From NCBI GenBank assembly GCA_964016885.1, contig OZ024757.1, positions 16,988,001-17,052,000 of the forward strand: 64,000 bases of DNA, read 5' to 3'. Positions within the stretch are counted from its first letter, which is position 1. Every line of letters begins with the position of its first letter. The position numbers and the translations under genes are program-made. Source of the stretch: Eledone cirrhosa (lineage: Eukaryota). A model generated the notes under the pieces. The model was not told where the DNA came from, did not search any database, and was given only the letters and a program-made list of their open reading frames with translations. Shown piece after piece: positions 48,781 through 63,411 of the stretch.

Positions 48781-50329
48781 ATGAATCTATCTGAGCACTG
48801 ACTGGCTGGTTAGTCACCTCAATCTATATAGCTCTCTTCTGTATGTATATATGTGTATTTATATATATGTACATACACACAACATATATATATATATAAA
48901 TATATACATGTGTGCGCGCGTGTGTGTCACTACTACCTCCACTCAACAACACTTAAGGAAGGGAGGATGTACAACTGGTGGAACAGCTAATATGCATAAC
49001 ATTACACACACACACACACACATATATATATTTATTATAAACACAAACATACATACATATGCTCCAATACATATATGCCCACACATTACAATCATACCTA
49101 TGCCAAAACACACATACATGTCCCTTAAACAGTCACATGCCCACACACACACCCCACCCATCACACGCGCATGCCCCCCCCCCAAAAAAAAACACACACA
49201 CATACACACAAGCTTTCACACACACGTTCTCTCTCTCACACACATGTTCTCACATACACACAGGTTCTCTCACACATGCTTCCATACATACAAAAATGCC
49301 CCCCCCCCTCCATCATGCCAAGTGGCAACCAAGATATATAGGATAATTATTAGTAGCGTTGTTGTTGTTGTTGTTGTAGCCATCATCATCATCAATTGCT
49401 TAGCAGTGTTGTTGTTGACCACAACAACACTGGAGAAAACAGAATGAAGACACTCACTGCAAAAGAAGCAGCAAATATGAGGGAAGTGAGACGCTATCAA
49501 CATCACCATCATGACCATACCATCATTATCATGACCATACCATCACCATAACTATCATGACCATACTATAACTATCACAGCCATACCATTACATCACCAC
49601 AACCACACCATCACCATCACGACCATACCATTACATCACCATCACGACCATACCATTTCCATCACTACCATTACCATCACCATCACTATCATGACCATAC
49701 CATCACCATCACGGCCATACCATTACCATCACTACCATGACCATACCATTACCATCTCGGCCATACCACTACCATCACTGCTATACCATTACAATCATCA
49801 TCATGACCATACCATTACCATCATCATGATCATACCACCACCATCACACTACCATCATCATACGACTGTTATCACCACTACTATGGCCATACCATTACCA
49901 TCATCATCATGACCATAGCACTACCATCATCAATATCATGACCATAGCACTACCATCATCATCATCATCATCATGACCATAGCACTACCATCATGACCAT
50001 AGCACTACCATCCTCATCATGATCACCATACCACTGTTATCACCACTACCACCACCATCATCATCATAGCTAACATCACGAACGAACGTTAAAATTCCTA
50101 TTTACTGCCAGTAAACTGTACAACCCTAGGCAAGGTTATTGGCGAAGCCACGCCCTCCCCACTGTCACCTCAATAGTGAAGGGGACAAGCTCAATTACAA
50201 GGGGAAACAATCCCAATAAAAAAGGGGGCAAGCCAGCAATATCCCAGATACTAAATGTAGCAATAACCATATAACAGTGGGGTTTACTTCTATAGTTAAT
50301 ATATTTGGTCTATAGTATAGTTAGAGATA

Positions 50330-53115
50330 AAACCAACAACAGTAACACAAACACCACCAACAGCAGTAACACCACCAACAGTAGTAACACCACCAACAGC
50401 AGTAACACCACCAACAGCAGTAACACCAACAACAGTAGTAACATCACCAACAGTAGTAACACCAACAACAGTAGTAACACCAACACCACCAACAACAGTA
50501 GTAACACCAACAACAGTAGTAACACCAACAATAGTAGTAACACCAACACCACCAACAATAGTAGTAACACCAACAACAGTAGTAACACCAACACCACCAA
50601 CAACAGCAGTAACACCAACAACAACAGCAGTAACACCAACAACAGTAACACCAACAACAACAACAACAGCAGTAACACCACCAACAGCAGTAACACCAAC
50701 AACAACAACAGCAGTAACACCACCAACAACAGCAGTAACACCAACAACAACAACAGCAGCAGTAACATCACCAACAACAACAGCAGTAGCACCAACACCA
50801 CCACCACCAACAACAACAACAGTAACACCAACATCACCAACAACAGCAGTAACACCAACAACACCACCACCAACAGCAGTAGCACCAACACCACCAACAA
50901 CAGCAGTAACACCAACATCACCAACAACAGCAGTAACACCACCACCAACAGCAGTAACACCACCACCACCAACAGCAGTAACACCACCACCACCAACAAC
51001 AGCAGTAACACCACCACCACCAACAACAGCAGTAACACCACCAACAACAACAGCAGTAACACCACCAACAACAGCAGTAACACCACCACCACCAACAACA
51101 GCAGTAACACCACCACCAACAGCAGTAACACCACCACCAACAACAACAGCAGTAACACCACCACCAACAACAACAGCAGTAACACCACCACCAACAACAA
51201 CAGCAGTAACACCACCACCAACAGCAGTAACACCACCAACAACAGCAGTAACACCAACAACAACAACAGCAGTAACACCACAAACAACAACAGCAGTAAC
51301 ACCACCACCAACAACAGCAGTAACACCACCACCAACAACAGCAGTAACACCACCACCAACAACAACAGCAGTAACACCACCACCAACAACAGCAGTAACA
51401 CCACCACCAACAGCAGTAACACCACCACCAACAACAGCAGTAACACCACCACCAACAACAGCAGTAACACCACCACCAACAGCAGTAACACCACCACCAA
51501 CAACAGCAGTAACACCACCACCAACAACAGCAGTAACACCACCAACAACAACAGCAGTAACACCACCACCAACAACAGCAGTAACACCACCACCAACAGC
51601 AGTAACACCACCAACAACAGCAGTAACACCACCAACAACAACAGCAGTAACACCACCACCAACAACAGCAGTAACACCACCAACAACAGCAGTAACACCA
51701 CCAACAACAGCAGTAACACCAACTACAACAACAGCAGTAACACCACCAACAACAGCAGTAACACCACCACCAACAACCGCAGTAACACCACCAACAACAA
51801 CAGCAGTAACACCACCAACAACAACAACAGTAACACCACCACCAACAACAGCAGTAACACCACTACCAACAGCAGTAACACCACCAACAACAACAGCAGT
51901 AACACCACCAACAACAACAGCAGTAACACCACCAACAACAACAGCAGTAACACCACCACCAACAACAACAGTAACACCACCAACAACAACAGCAGTAACA
52001 CCACCAACAACAGGAGTAACACCACCACCAACAGCAGTAACACCACCACCAACAACAGCAGTAATACCACCAACAACAGCAGTAACACCACCACCACCAA
52101 CAGCAGTAACACCACCACCAACAACAACAGCAGTAACACCACCACCAACAACAACAACAGTAACACCACCACCAACAACAACAGCAGTAACACCACCACC
52201 AACAACAGCAGTAACACCACCACCAACAACAACAGCAGTAACACCAACAACAACAGCAGTAATACCACCACCAACAACAGCAGTAACACCACCACCATCA
52301 ACAGCAGTAACACCACCACCACCAACAACAGCAGTAACACCACCACCAACAACAACAGTAACACCACCACCAACAACAACAGCAGTAACACCACCACCAA
52401 CAACAGCAGTAACACCACCAACAACAACAACAGCAGTAACACCAACAACAACAGCAGTAACACCAACACCAACAGCAGTAACACCAACAACAACAATAGC
52501 AGTAACACCACCACCACCAACAACAGCAGTAACACCACCACCACCAACAACAGCAGTAACACCACCAACAACAGCAGTAACACCAACAACAACAGCAGTA
52601 ACACCAACAACAACAGCAGTAACACCACCACCAACAACAACAGCAGTAACACCACCAACAACAGCAGTAACACCAACACCAACAGCAGTAACACCACCAC
52701 CACCAACAACAGCAGTAACACCACCAACAACAGCAGTAACACCACCACCACCAACAACAGCAGTAACACCACCAACAACAGCAGTAACACCAACACCAAC
52801 AGCAGTAACACCACCACCACCAACAACAGCAGTAACACCACCAACAACAGCAGTAACACCAACAACAACAGCAGTAACACCACCACCACCAACAACAGCA
52901 GTAACACCACCAACAACAGCAGTAACACCAACAACAACAGCAGTAACACCACCACCACCAACAACAGCAGTAACACCAACACCAACAGCAGTAACACCAC
53001 CACCACCAACAACAGCAGTAACACCACCAACAACAGCAGTAACACCAACAACAACAGCAGTAACACCAACAACAACAGCAGTAACACCACCACCACCAAC
53101 AGCAGCAGTAACACC
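50330..53115. repeat. Triplet-based compound satellite (AAC/ACC/AGC/AGT)
   Basis: AGCAGTAAC(ACC)n(AAC)n units; length variation only in multiples of 3. Confidence 0.92.
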
Positions 53116-56100
53116 ACCCCCACCACCAACAGAAGCTACAAATAACACCACCACCACCAACAATAACACCAACAGCAATAACACCACCCCCACCACCAAC
53201 AGAAGCTACAAATAACACCACCACCTCCAGCAACAACAAACTAAGCTACAGTTAACACGAACCCCCACCACAAACCACAACACTACCACCACCACCACCG
53301 CTACAAGCTGCAGCTAACACCACCACCACCTCCACAAACAGAAGCTACAACTAACACCAACACCACCAACACCAAACATAAGCTACAACACCACCACCAA
53401 CCACACCCTCACTAACACCTCCAACTACAACACCAACAACAATCATAACCACCACCACTACCATTAACACCAACACCACCACTAAACAACCACTGCTACC
53501 ACCAACACCACCACTAAACAACCACTGCTACCACCAACACCACCACTAAACAACCACTGCTACCACCAACACCACCACCATCACCATCAACAAACAGCCA
53601 TCACCATCACCAACACCACTACAAACAAGCACTGATATTACCATCATCATCGCCAACACCACCGCAAACAACCACTCATATTACCATCATCATCATCACC
53701 ATCACCACCACAAACAACCACAGCCATCATCATCACTAACACCACCATCGCCACCAACAAATATTGCCATCACCAACACCACCCCAAACAACCATCACCA
53801 TCATCACCGCCATCGCCACCAACAAATACCGCCATCACCATCATCACCACCATCACCATCGCCACCATCGCCACCAACAAATACGGCCATCACCATCGCC
53901 ACCACCATCATCACCACCATCGCCACCACCATCATCACCAACACCACCCCAAACAACCATCACCACCATCGCCACCAACAAATACCGCCATCACCATCAT
54001 CACCGCCATCACCATCATCACCACCAACAAATACCGCCATCACCATCATCACCGCCATCACCATCATCACCATCATCACCACCAACAAATACCGCCATCA
54101 CCATCATCACCGCCATCGCCACCAACAAATACCGCCATCACCATCATCACCACCAACAAATACCGCCATCACCATCATCACCACCATCGCCACCACCATC
54201 ATCACCAACACCACCCCAAACAACCACCATCATCACCAGCAATAATCACAAACATAATCACCACAACCAACCACTGATATTACCAACATCATCATCACCA
54301 ACACCACTACCACTACCGCAAACAACCACTGCTATCACAATCATCACCAACAACAATAACACCACCACAAACAACCACTACCACCACCACCAACAACAAC
54401 AATACTATCAACCACTACCATCACCAACAACAACACTATCAACCACTACCATCACCAACAACAATACTATCAACCACTACCATCACCAGCACCACTACCA
54501 TCACCAACAACAACACTATCAACCACTACCATCACCAACAACAACACTATCAACCACTACCATCACCAACAACAACACTATCAACCACTACCATCACCAA
54601 CAACAACACTATCAACCACTACCATCACCAACAACAACACTATCAACCACTACCATCACCAACAACAACACTATCAACCACTACCATCACCAACAACAAC
54701 ACTATCAACCACTACCATCACCAACAACAACACTATCAACCACTACCATCACCAACAACAACACTATCAACCACTACCATCACCAACAACAACACTATCA
54801 ACCACTACCATCACCAACAACAACACTATCAACCACTACCATCACCAACAACAACACTACCAACCACTACCACTACCATCACCACTATAATAATACCAAC
54901 ACCACCACAACACTATAATAACACCAACCCCACCACCACCACAACCACTACAACACCATCACCACTATAATCACAACACCACACCACTATAATCACACCA
55001 CCACCACCACCACCACTATAATCACAACACCAACACACCACCAACACCACCACAACACCACACCACCACTATAATCAGCACACCACCACCACCACTATAA
55101 TCACAACACCAACACACCACCAACACCACCAACACCACACCACCACTATAATCAGCACAACACCAACACAATCGCCACACCACCACCACCACTATAATAA
55201 TCACCACAACGCCAACACCACCACCACTATAATCACCACAACACCAACACACCACCACTATAATCAGCACAACAACACAATCGCCACACCACCACCACCA
55301 CCACCACTATAATCACCACAACACTACACCACCACCACCACCACCACCACTATAATCACCACAACACCAACACACCAATAACACCACCACCACCACCACC
55401 ACCACTATAATCACCACAACACCAACACACCACCAACACCACCACTATAATCAGCACAACACCAACACAATCGCCACACCACCACCACCACCACCACCAC
55501 CACAACACCACCACTATAATCACCACAACACTACACCACCACCACCACCACTATAATCACCACAACACCAACACACCACCACCACCACCACACCAACACA
55601 CCACCACCACCACCACTATAATCACCACAACACCAACACACCAACAACACCACCACTATAATCACCACAACACTACACCACCACCACTATAATCACCACA
55701 ACACCAACACACTACCAACACCACCACTATAATCACCACAACACTACACCACCACCACCACCACCACAACGCCAACACAACACTACACCACCACAACACC
55801 AACACACCACCACCACCACCACTATAATCACCACAACACTACACCACCACAACACCAACACACCAACAACACCACCACTATAATCACCACAACACTACAC
55901 CACCACCACCACCACAACACCACAACACCAACAACACCACCACTATAATCACCACAACACTACACCACCACCACCACCACCACTATAATCACCACAACAC
56001 TACACCACCACCACCACTATAATCACCACAACACCAACACACCAACAACACCACCACTATAATCACCACAACACTACACCACCACCACCACCACCACTAT

Positions 56101-56390
56101 AATCACCACAACACCAACACACCACCAACACCACCACTATAATCAGCACAACACCAACACAATCGCCACACCACCACCACCACAACACCACCACTATAAT
56201 CACCACAACACTACACCACCACCACCACCACCACTATAATCACCACAACACCAACACACCACCAACACCACCACTATAATCAGCACAACACCAACACAAT
56301 CGCCACACCACCACCACCACAACACCACCACTATAATCACCACAACACTACACCACCACCACCACCACCACTATAATCACCACAATCACC
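53115..56390. repeat. A/C-rich low-complexity tract with several short tandem units
   Basis: e.g. ACTATCAACCACTACCATCACCAACAACAAC (54400-54870) and CACCACTATAATCACCACAA (54960-56390). Confidence 0.9.
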
Positions 56391-56508
56391 AGAGATATTC
56401 CCTATTCTGTTTTGTCATAATCAGCCAATATCAAAACTCAACAATATGTATAGTATAGTTATATTTTCTGACAAATATAAACTAGATATCAACATACACA
56501 CACACACA

Positions 56509-56586
<78 letters not shown>

Positions 56587-56696
56587 TCAAAGAACCAGAT
56601 TCATGATATGCACACATGAAGTTAGTGAGAGGATAGGGAGACGAATAAAAGGCGTCACACACATCTCTCCCTCTCTCTCTCTCTATATATATATAT

Positions 56697-56960
56697 AGAA
56701 AAGATAACAAGGACGATTGGTTACTCCTTATTGGTAGGTGACGCGCGTTTCGCCATTGATCAGCTCAAGGTTCGATCTGTATCGATCTTACCCGACTTAC
56801 GCGTCACCTACCAATAAATGTAATGAAGGAGTAACCAATCGTCCTTGTTATCTTTTCAATATATTACACTCTGTATAGCTGTACACCTCGACACAGAAGT
56901 GAAACCTAAACATCGAGTGCTCTTCCGAGTGAACCTACAGTAACTCCAAGTTACACTCCC
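56697..56960. mobile_element. Fold-back element with hammerhead 3' half (GAAA-CGCGCG-TC, minus strand) and GAGTGCTC tail
   Basis: arms ~56697-56750/56799-56861; flanked by (TA)n. Confidence 0.6.
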
Positions 56961-57404
56961 TATATATATATGTGTGTGTGTGTGTCTGTGTGTGTACATA
57001 TATAAACACCTATTAATGTTTTACTAAATTAAAGTGTAAATATGCCATCGAAATAAAAGGAAGTGATATATTAATACATGTCGCTGTTCACTAAAAACCT
57101 CGTCAGATATATAATGTTGTACAATGAAATACATTAGACAAGGTTCAGTAGCTAATCCATTGTTTTACGGTCGTTTCAGTTCATTCTATGTAGATATTTA
57201 GTGGTAATAACTTGGTAGAAATCGCCAAGATATAGGGCAACTCAGGCCCGTTGACCCAGTTGTAGTAATTGGCCTTAATAATTATACACATACATACATA
57301 TATAGCATAAATTATAAGTTTAACAATTTCTGTTTTCACCTTTATACGAGATCTTCTAATACATCTCTTTATCGAGTTCTCTCTGGATTTTGGTCTTCGT
57401 ATTT

Positions 57405-57470
<66 letters not shown>

Positions 57471-57722
57471 GTTATATTTAATTTGTTGGGATACAACAAG
57501 CTAAAATATTTTTATAACTGATATAAAACACTCAACAAATTATTGGAGTAAATATACAATATATTAACAAATGGAAACTATATTTATAAAACCATATTTA
57601 TTTCATTATACATATTTCAAGGGCCACCAAGTTTTATAAATAGTTTTATAAATAAATATTGACATACCCTGAAAAAATGCTACCTTAACGGTTGGAGCTT
57701 CCTGAAAACTAATCTGTTTTAT

Positions 57723-57787
57723 TTTTTATCTGATGAAAGCGCACCATAATCTACATTGGTGGCCCTTGAAATATGTATAATGAAATA
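57723..57787 (+). ncRNA. Minimal hammerhead ribozyme motif
   Basis: ttttat-CTGATGA(57730)-aagcgcacca...tggtggccctt-GAAA-tatgta-TA-atgaaa. Confidence 0.72.
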
Positions 57788-57826
57788 AATATGGTTTTAT
57801 AAATATAGTTTCCATTTAATATATTG

Positions 57827-57901
<75 letters not shown>

Positions 57902-58042
57902 TTAAAGGTTAAACAAGGTTCAATGAATAAATAAAAGAATGAGTTTTACAATAGATTGGAAGCACTCAACAATTATGGTTTTCCGGAGTTATTAATATTA
58001 ATTCAAAATATTAACAAAAATAGACATTCGTGTGATCAAGTA

Positions 58043-58109
58043 TATTTTATTATACATATTTCAGAGGTACTGAGCTAACTTCAACAGTACGTCCTCATCA
58101 GATAAAATA
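58043..58109 (-). ncRNA. Minimal hammerhead ribozyme motif
   Basis: tattttat-CTGATGA-ggacgtactg...cagtacctct-GAAA-tatgta-TA-ataaaata on the minus strand. Confidence 0.75.
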
Positions 58110-58180
58110 AGATGATGCATGACATACCCTGACATAGTAGATGGTTAAGATTCAGTCATGGTAGTGAATATTCATGGTAG

Positions 58181-58260
<80 letters not shown>

Positions 58261-59020
58261 CGTGTATATGTTGTGGTTTACTTGAAGCATTATAGAAAGT
58301 GTAGAAAATACTATTTTGTGGGAAAGCTAGCACAATCTGAATTGGACGGACAATGTTTTAAATGCAATAATAATTGTTTCTATTTTAGGCACAAGGCCAG
58401 CAATTACCCAGTACATTACTGGTACTTTATTTTATCGACCCCGTGAGGATGAAAGGCAAAGTTAACCTCGGCGTTGGGCTGTTACTTATATTTCGGGATA
58501 ATTCAATACATTAGTAGAGTGTAAACATCAAATTTAATATAGAAATGGCTTCTACTGGGCTACAACTATCTAATTGAAATGCAGTCGTTCCAATATTATG
58601 TTTGAAGCTTGAAGAAACACAACTATGAAGTTTGGAGTAGCAATGGAGTGAGTCCAAATGGACCAAGACAGGCACACACACACACACATGCATGCATATA
58701 TACACACATACATATGTCCATATCGCGCGTGTGTGTGTGTGTGTGTGTGCGTGTGTGTGTGCGTGTGTGTGTGCGTGTGTGTGTGTGTGTGCGTGTGCGT
58801 GTGTGTGTGTGCGTGTGAAAAGTAAACAGAACTAACAAAGCAACGAGACAGCACAATGAAGAAATACATTAGTTTAACGCTTGAAATAATAGATAAAGAA
58901 TCGCACCTTTTCCCAGCATGCGACCTATCAACACTTCAATTCAAAATGCATGGTACATTGTAAGTACTGGAAAGTGGTGAACCGACTTATCTAGCGGTAC
59001 GACTTATACACAAACATGAA

Positions 59021-59293
59021 TCATCATCATCATCATCAACGTTTAACGTCCGTGTTCCACGCTTGCATGGGTTTGGACGGGGGTTTTCCCACTTGAGGCA
59101 AGAGTGATTGTCTTGCTCGCATAGGACTGTCTGGCAGGTTTTCTACAGTTGGATGCCCTTCCTAACACCAACCACATTTACAGTGTGGGTCTGGGAGGTT
59201 TTTACCGTGTTGCCTACACGGCCACATTACAGCGTGGACTGTGTGTTTTTTTGTCGTGACACCTACACGATCTCATTTGTTTCGGCCTGGATG

Positions 59294-59297
<4 letters not shown>
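59021..59297 (-). mobile_element. Truncated copy of the same RTE-related retroposon
   Basis: identity to 3371-3640. Confidence 0.75.
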
Positions 59298-59366
<69 letters not shown>

Positions 59367-59782
59367 CGAAGTAATTCCGTCGGAAAAGTCCAGGAAAAAA
59401 GAGTGCTCTATGTAGGTAACAGAGCTTAATAGTTATGTAATAAACAACATAAGGCAATTATTCCATTTACCAGTGGTTTCTTAAAAGCAAAATATTTGCT
59501 TTCAATCCTCAGAATGAAAAAATCCTGGTCTGTTTATTGAATTTGGTTTTTTAAAATCCAAATTCAATAAACAGTAAATATTTTTATAACTGATATAAAG
59601 CACTCGACAAATTTTTGGAGTAGATATACGATATTAATAAATGGAAACTATATTTATAAAACCATATTTATTTCATTATACATATTTCAGGGATACCACA
59701 TTAAATTAAATTAAATTACATATTTCAGGGATACCACATTAAAAGGGTACGTCAAAGCTATTTGTAAAACTGTTATATATTG

Positions 59783-59847
59783 TATTTTGTCTGATGAAGG
59801 CATACCATAATTTAATGTGGTATCCCTGAAATATGTATAATGAAATA
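59783..59847 (+). ncRNA. Minimal hammerhead ribozyme motif
   Basis: tattttgt-CTGATGA-aggcatacca...tggtatccct-GAAA-tatgta-TA-atgaaata. Confidence 0.72.
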
Positions 59848-59886
59848 AATATGGTTTTATAAATATAGTTTCCATTTATTAATATC

Positions 59887-59920
<34 letters not shown>

Positions 59921-60033
59921 TGAAACAAAATGAAAACGAAATTTCATTTCTCACTCTTAGTATGGCACTTACTTAAATGTAAGTATGCATGTATACGTAC
60001 ATACATATATGTATACAGACGTACAGTAGCATG

Positions 60034-60073
<40 letters not shown>

Positions 60074-60519
60074 TATATACATATGCATACAGGTACACAT
60101 ACATATATGCACGTATCAGTTTAGCGGCGCTTATTATAACGTCGCTTTGTTCGTTTGTAAACAAACTGAACAGCCTGAATTTATGCCATACGGTGTTAAG
60201 GCAACCACGTCACCTTTTTGTTCAACACTGACACAGGAACGATGTACTAGTTTCAAGCTTGTTAGCTATCATCAGCACCGTTTACCCATCTGCCAGATAG
60301 TTGAACGTTCGAAAGTATATACTTTCCTTATGAAAATTAACGGCTGAGCAGCCTAATTTGCATATTGAGTGAGTTAAATCGGTCAGGCATACCGAAAACG
60401 ATAAATTGAAACAAAAGGAAAACGAAATTTCATTTCTCACTCTTAGTATGGCACTTACTTAAATGTAAGTATGCATGTATACGTACATACATATATGTAT
60501 ACAGACGTACAGTAGCATG

Positions 60520-60558
<39 letters not shown>

Positions 60559-60794
60559 GCATACAGGTACACATACATATATGCACGTATATATATATAT
60601 ATATATATAGTGAACCGAAACGAAAAATGTAAGCTTTCAACCGGCGGTGCCTTTCTTCTTAGTGACATGACTACACACATATATGGTTCTACATTGACAC
60701 AAAACTGATACAACAGTCTTGGCTTAACGAAGACAGTTGCCACTTTGTCCAGGGATTGCAAGAAGCTACACATTTAATACACACACGTGTACGT

Positions 60795-60967
60795 CAGGAA
60801 GCAGGTGGACCATAACGCACCAGAGTACTCAATACTTAGCGTAGTAGAGTGGGTAATAGGAAAATGTTTAACCCCGACGGCAGAGCTCAAGCCGTTTCGA
60901 CGGCTATTTCTGAGTCCAGAAATAGCCGTCGAAACGGCTTGAGCTCTGCCGTCGGGGTTAAACATTT

Positions 60968-60970
<3 letters not shown>
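60795..60970. mobile_element. GC-rich hairpin element in (TA)n
   Basis: perfect 52-bp arms 60861-60912/60917-60968; nearly identical to the 46868 copy. Confidence 0.8.
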
Positions 60971-61021
<51 letters not shown>

Positions 61022-61155
61022 GCACACACACGATATTTGTAAAATCATTGGGTGGAAAACAGCAATCCTTGACAAAATCTAATTGTCTGACTCGTTATAA
61101 TTATATATATATATATAATATTAATAAATGGAAACTATATTTATAAAACCATATT

Positions 61156-61220
61156 TATTTCATTATATATATTTCAAGGATACCAAGTTAAATCATGGTA
61201 TGCCTTCATCAGACAAAATA
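61156..61220 (-). ncRNA. Minimal hammerhead ribozyme motif
   Basis: tattttgt-CTGATGA-aggcatacca...tggtatcctt-GAAA-tatata-TA-atgaaata on the minus strand. Confidence 0.72.
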
Positions 61221-61339
61221 CAATATATAACAGTTTTACAAATAGATATTGACGTACCTTTTCAAAAAGGTCGAGTGCTTTATATCAGTTATAATAATAT
61301 TTGCTTGTTGTATCCCAACAATTTAAATAGAACTTTTGC

Positions 61340-61490
<151 letters not shown>

Positions 61491-62019
61491 TGGAAAAAGT
61501 GAAATTTCATTTCTCACTCTTAGTACTTTATATATTTATATAGATATATGTGTGTGTGTGTGTGTGTATATATATTTATAAGGACACATATGTATGTGTG
61601 TGTGTTCGGATCTAGCTGTCGAAACGGCCGGAGCTCAGACGTCGGAGTCCTGATTCTTGTCCTTATAAATATATACATATGTGTGTGTGCGTGTGTAAAT
61701 ACATATGTATGTGTGTGTGTGCGTGTGTAAATACATATGTATATATATATATATGTGTGTGAGTAAGTGTGTATAGATATGTATATGCACATCATTTGAA
61801 AAGGTGGACAGAGACGTGAGCAAGGAAGCGGCTCTGTCAAATTTCCCATCTCCACGGGTAATATACTAGTAGTTTACTCGATTTTCAAGTATTAGTATTA
61901 TTTATCGGGATCGACTATTATTATTATGGCTATTTGCATTGGGACACTCACATTTGAAATTTCCCACACACATATATGGAGAGAGAGGAGAGAAGGGTCA
62001 GATATAGATAGATAGATAG

Positions 62020-62555
62020 ATATATTTCTTTTATTTGCCACCAGGGCATCAAAAGTGGGACAAGTACAATGGGGGGAGTTTACAAAACAAGGCGTCCTCA
62101 ATAAGGAGGAGGCAATAACAATATATAAAAATAAAATAAAATATAACAAAAAATAAAATTTATAACAAAGTCCTCAATAGAGAGGAGGCGCCTTGGGGGG
62201 TCGCACACACCCCCGAAAAAAAGTGTGCAACCCTTCTCCTCAGGAGCACAGAGAAGGGGTGCTCCCTTGGTCTTTCATCTTCCTCACCTATAGTCTCATG
62301 TAGAGTGAAGGCCCATTCACACGGGCCATTCTCGCCACTTTCACCCATCTTTCATAAAAACGGCTGGGGTGCAATAGATAGATATGTTTCTTTATTAGCC
62401 ACAGGGACACAAAAGAAGGGGACAAATAGAAAGGGGGAAGTTTACATACAATAAAAACGTGTAAAATACTATCACAAATGCAATTTAAAAAATCAATCGA
62501 TTTTCCCCAATAGGGGGAGACATTACATATGGGTACAACACATACCCCCGAAAAA
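62020..62555 (-). mobile_element. Two tandem LINE 3' ends (probably Tx1/L1-like) inside a (GATA)n tract
   Basis: both end in GGC.AATAAA.GAAA.AT followed by (TCTA)n on the minus strand; ORF-end remnant RFYERWVKVARMARVNG. Confidence 0.45.
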
Positions 62556-63040
62556 ATTAGATAGATAGATAGATGGCTAGCTGGCTGGATAGAGATATAG
62601 ATGGATGAATGGATAGGTAGATAGATGGTTGGATGGAGGGAGAGAGAGGGATTGATAGATAGAAGGTTGGATAAATGAAGGGACAGATAGATAGAGAGAG
62701 ACAAACAGATAGGCATATAGATAGGCACCTTAACTTGTAGAAGCCCATCATTTTTCTTGGGTCATACAAAATATTACTTTAAATAACATATTGAGGGTGG
62801 GTAACATTTATATACCTATCTATCTACTTGTCTGTCTGTCTATGTATCCGTTTATATATTTACCTACCCACCTCTCTCTCTCTCTCACCCTTCCACCACC
62901 TCTTTTACCCCATTTTAATTTTATTTTGATCATGCCTTTATTTTTAATTTCATTTGCACCGTTTCCTCTCACCCCCTTTTTGCTATATGTCTCTCCACCA
63001 CTCCCCTACACACCCTTTGAACTCTCTTCCCACACACTTT

Positions 63041-63075
63041 TCACCTGAAGAAGGGCTTATGCCCGAAACGTCGTT
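63041..63075 (+). ncRNA. Compact Penelope-type hammerhead CTGAAGA-A-GGGC-TTAT-GCCC-GAAA-CG-TC
   Basis: perfect 4-bp stem II, ACGT palindrome, GUC cut site, AATAAA about 30 nt downstream; stem I weak. Confidence 0.7.
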
Positions 63076-63411
63076 CCCCACCACCACCCCACTCTCAAGA
63101 GCGTGAAATTAATAAACATTCGTTGTACTGCCTCTCTGTTTTGTTCCCGTTCAATTTTTCATTATATATATATATATATATATTGAGAGGTGGGTAGGTA
63201 AATATATAAAGATGCATATATATATAACATATATATATATATCATATCATATATATATATATATATCACATATATATATATATATATCATATATATATAT
63301 ATATATATATATAAAAATGACTTCTATATGATTAAAACTCTTTTATCGTATACTCTACCAATGTATTGAGTACCTTTTGTAACTGTAGTTCCATTCCGAA
63401 TATATATATAT

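Noticed and set aside
53764-54918. 384-aa His/Pro/Thr-rich ORF
   Set aside because: A/C-only low-complexity DNA rarely forms stop codons on this strand, and the non-triplet unit length cycles through frames
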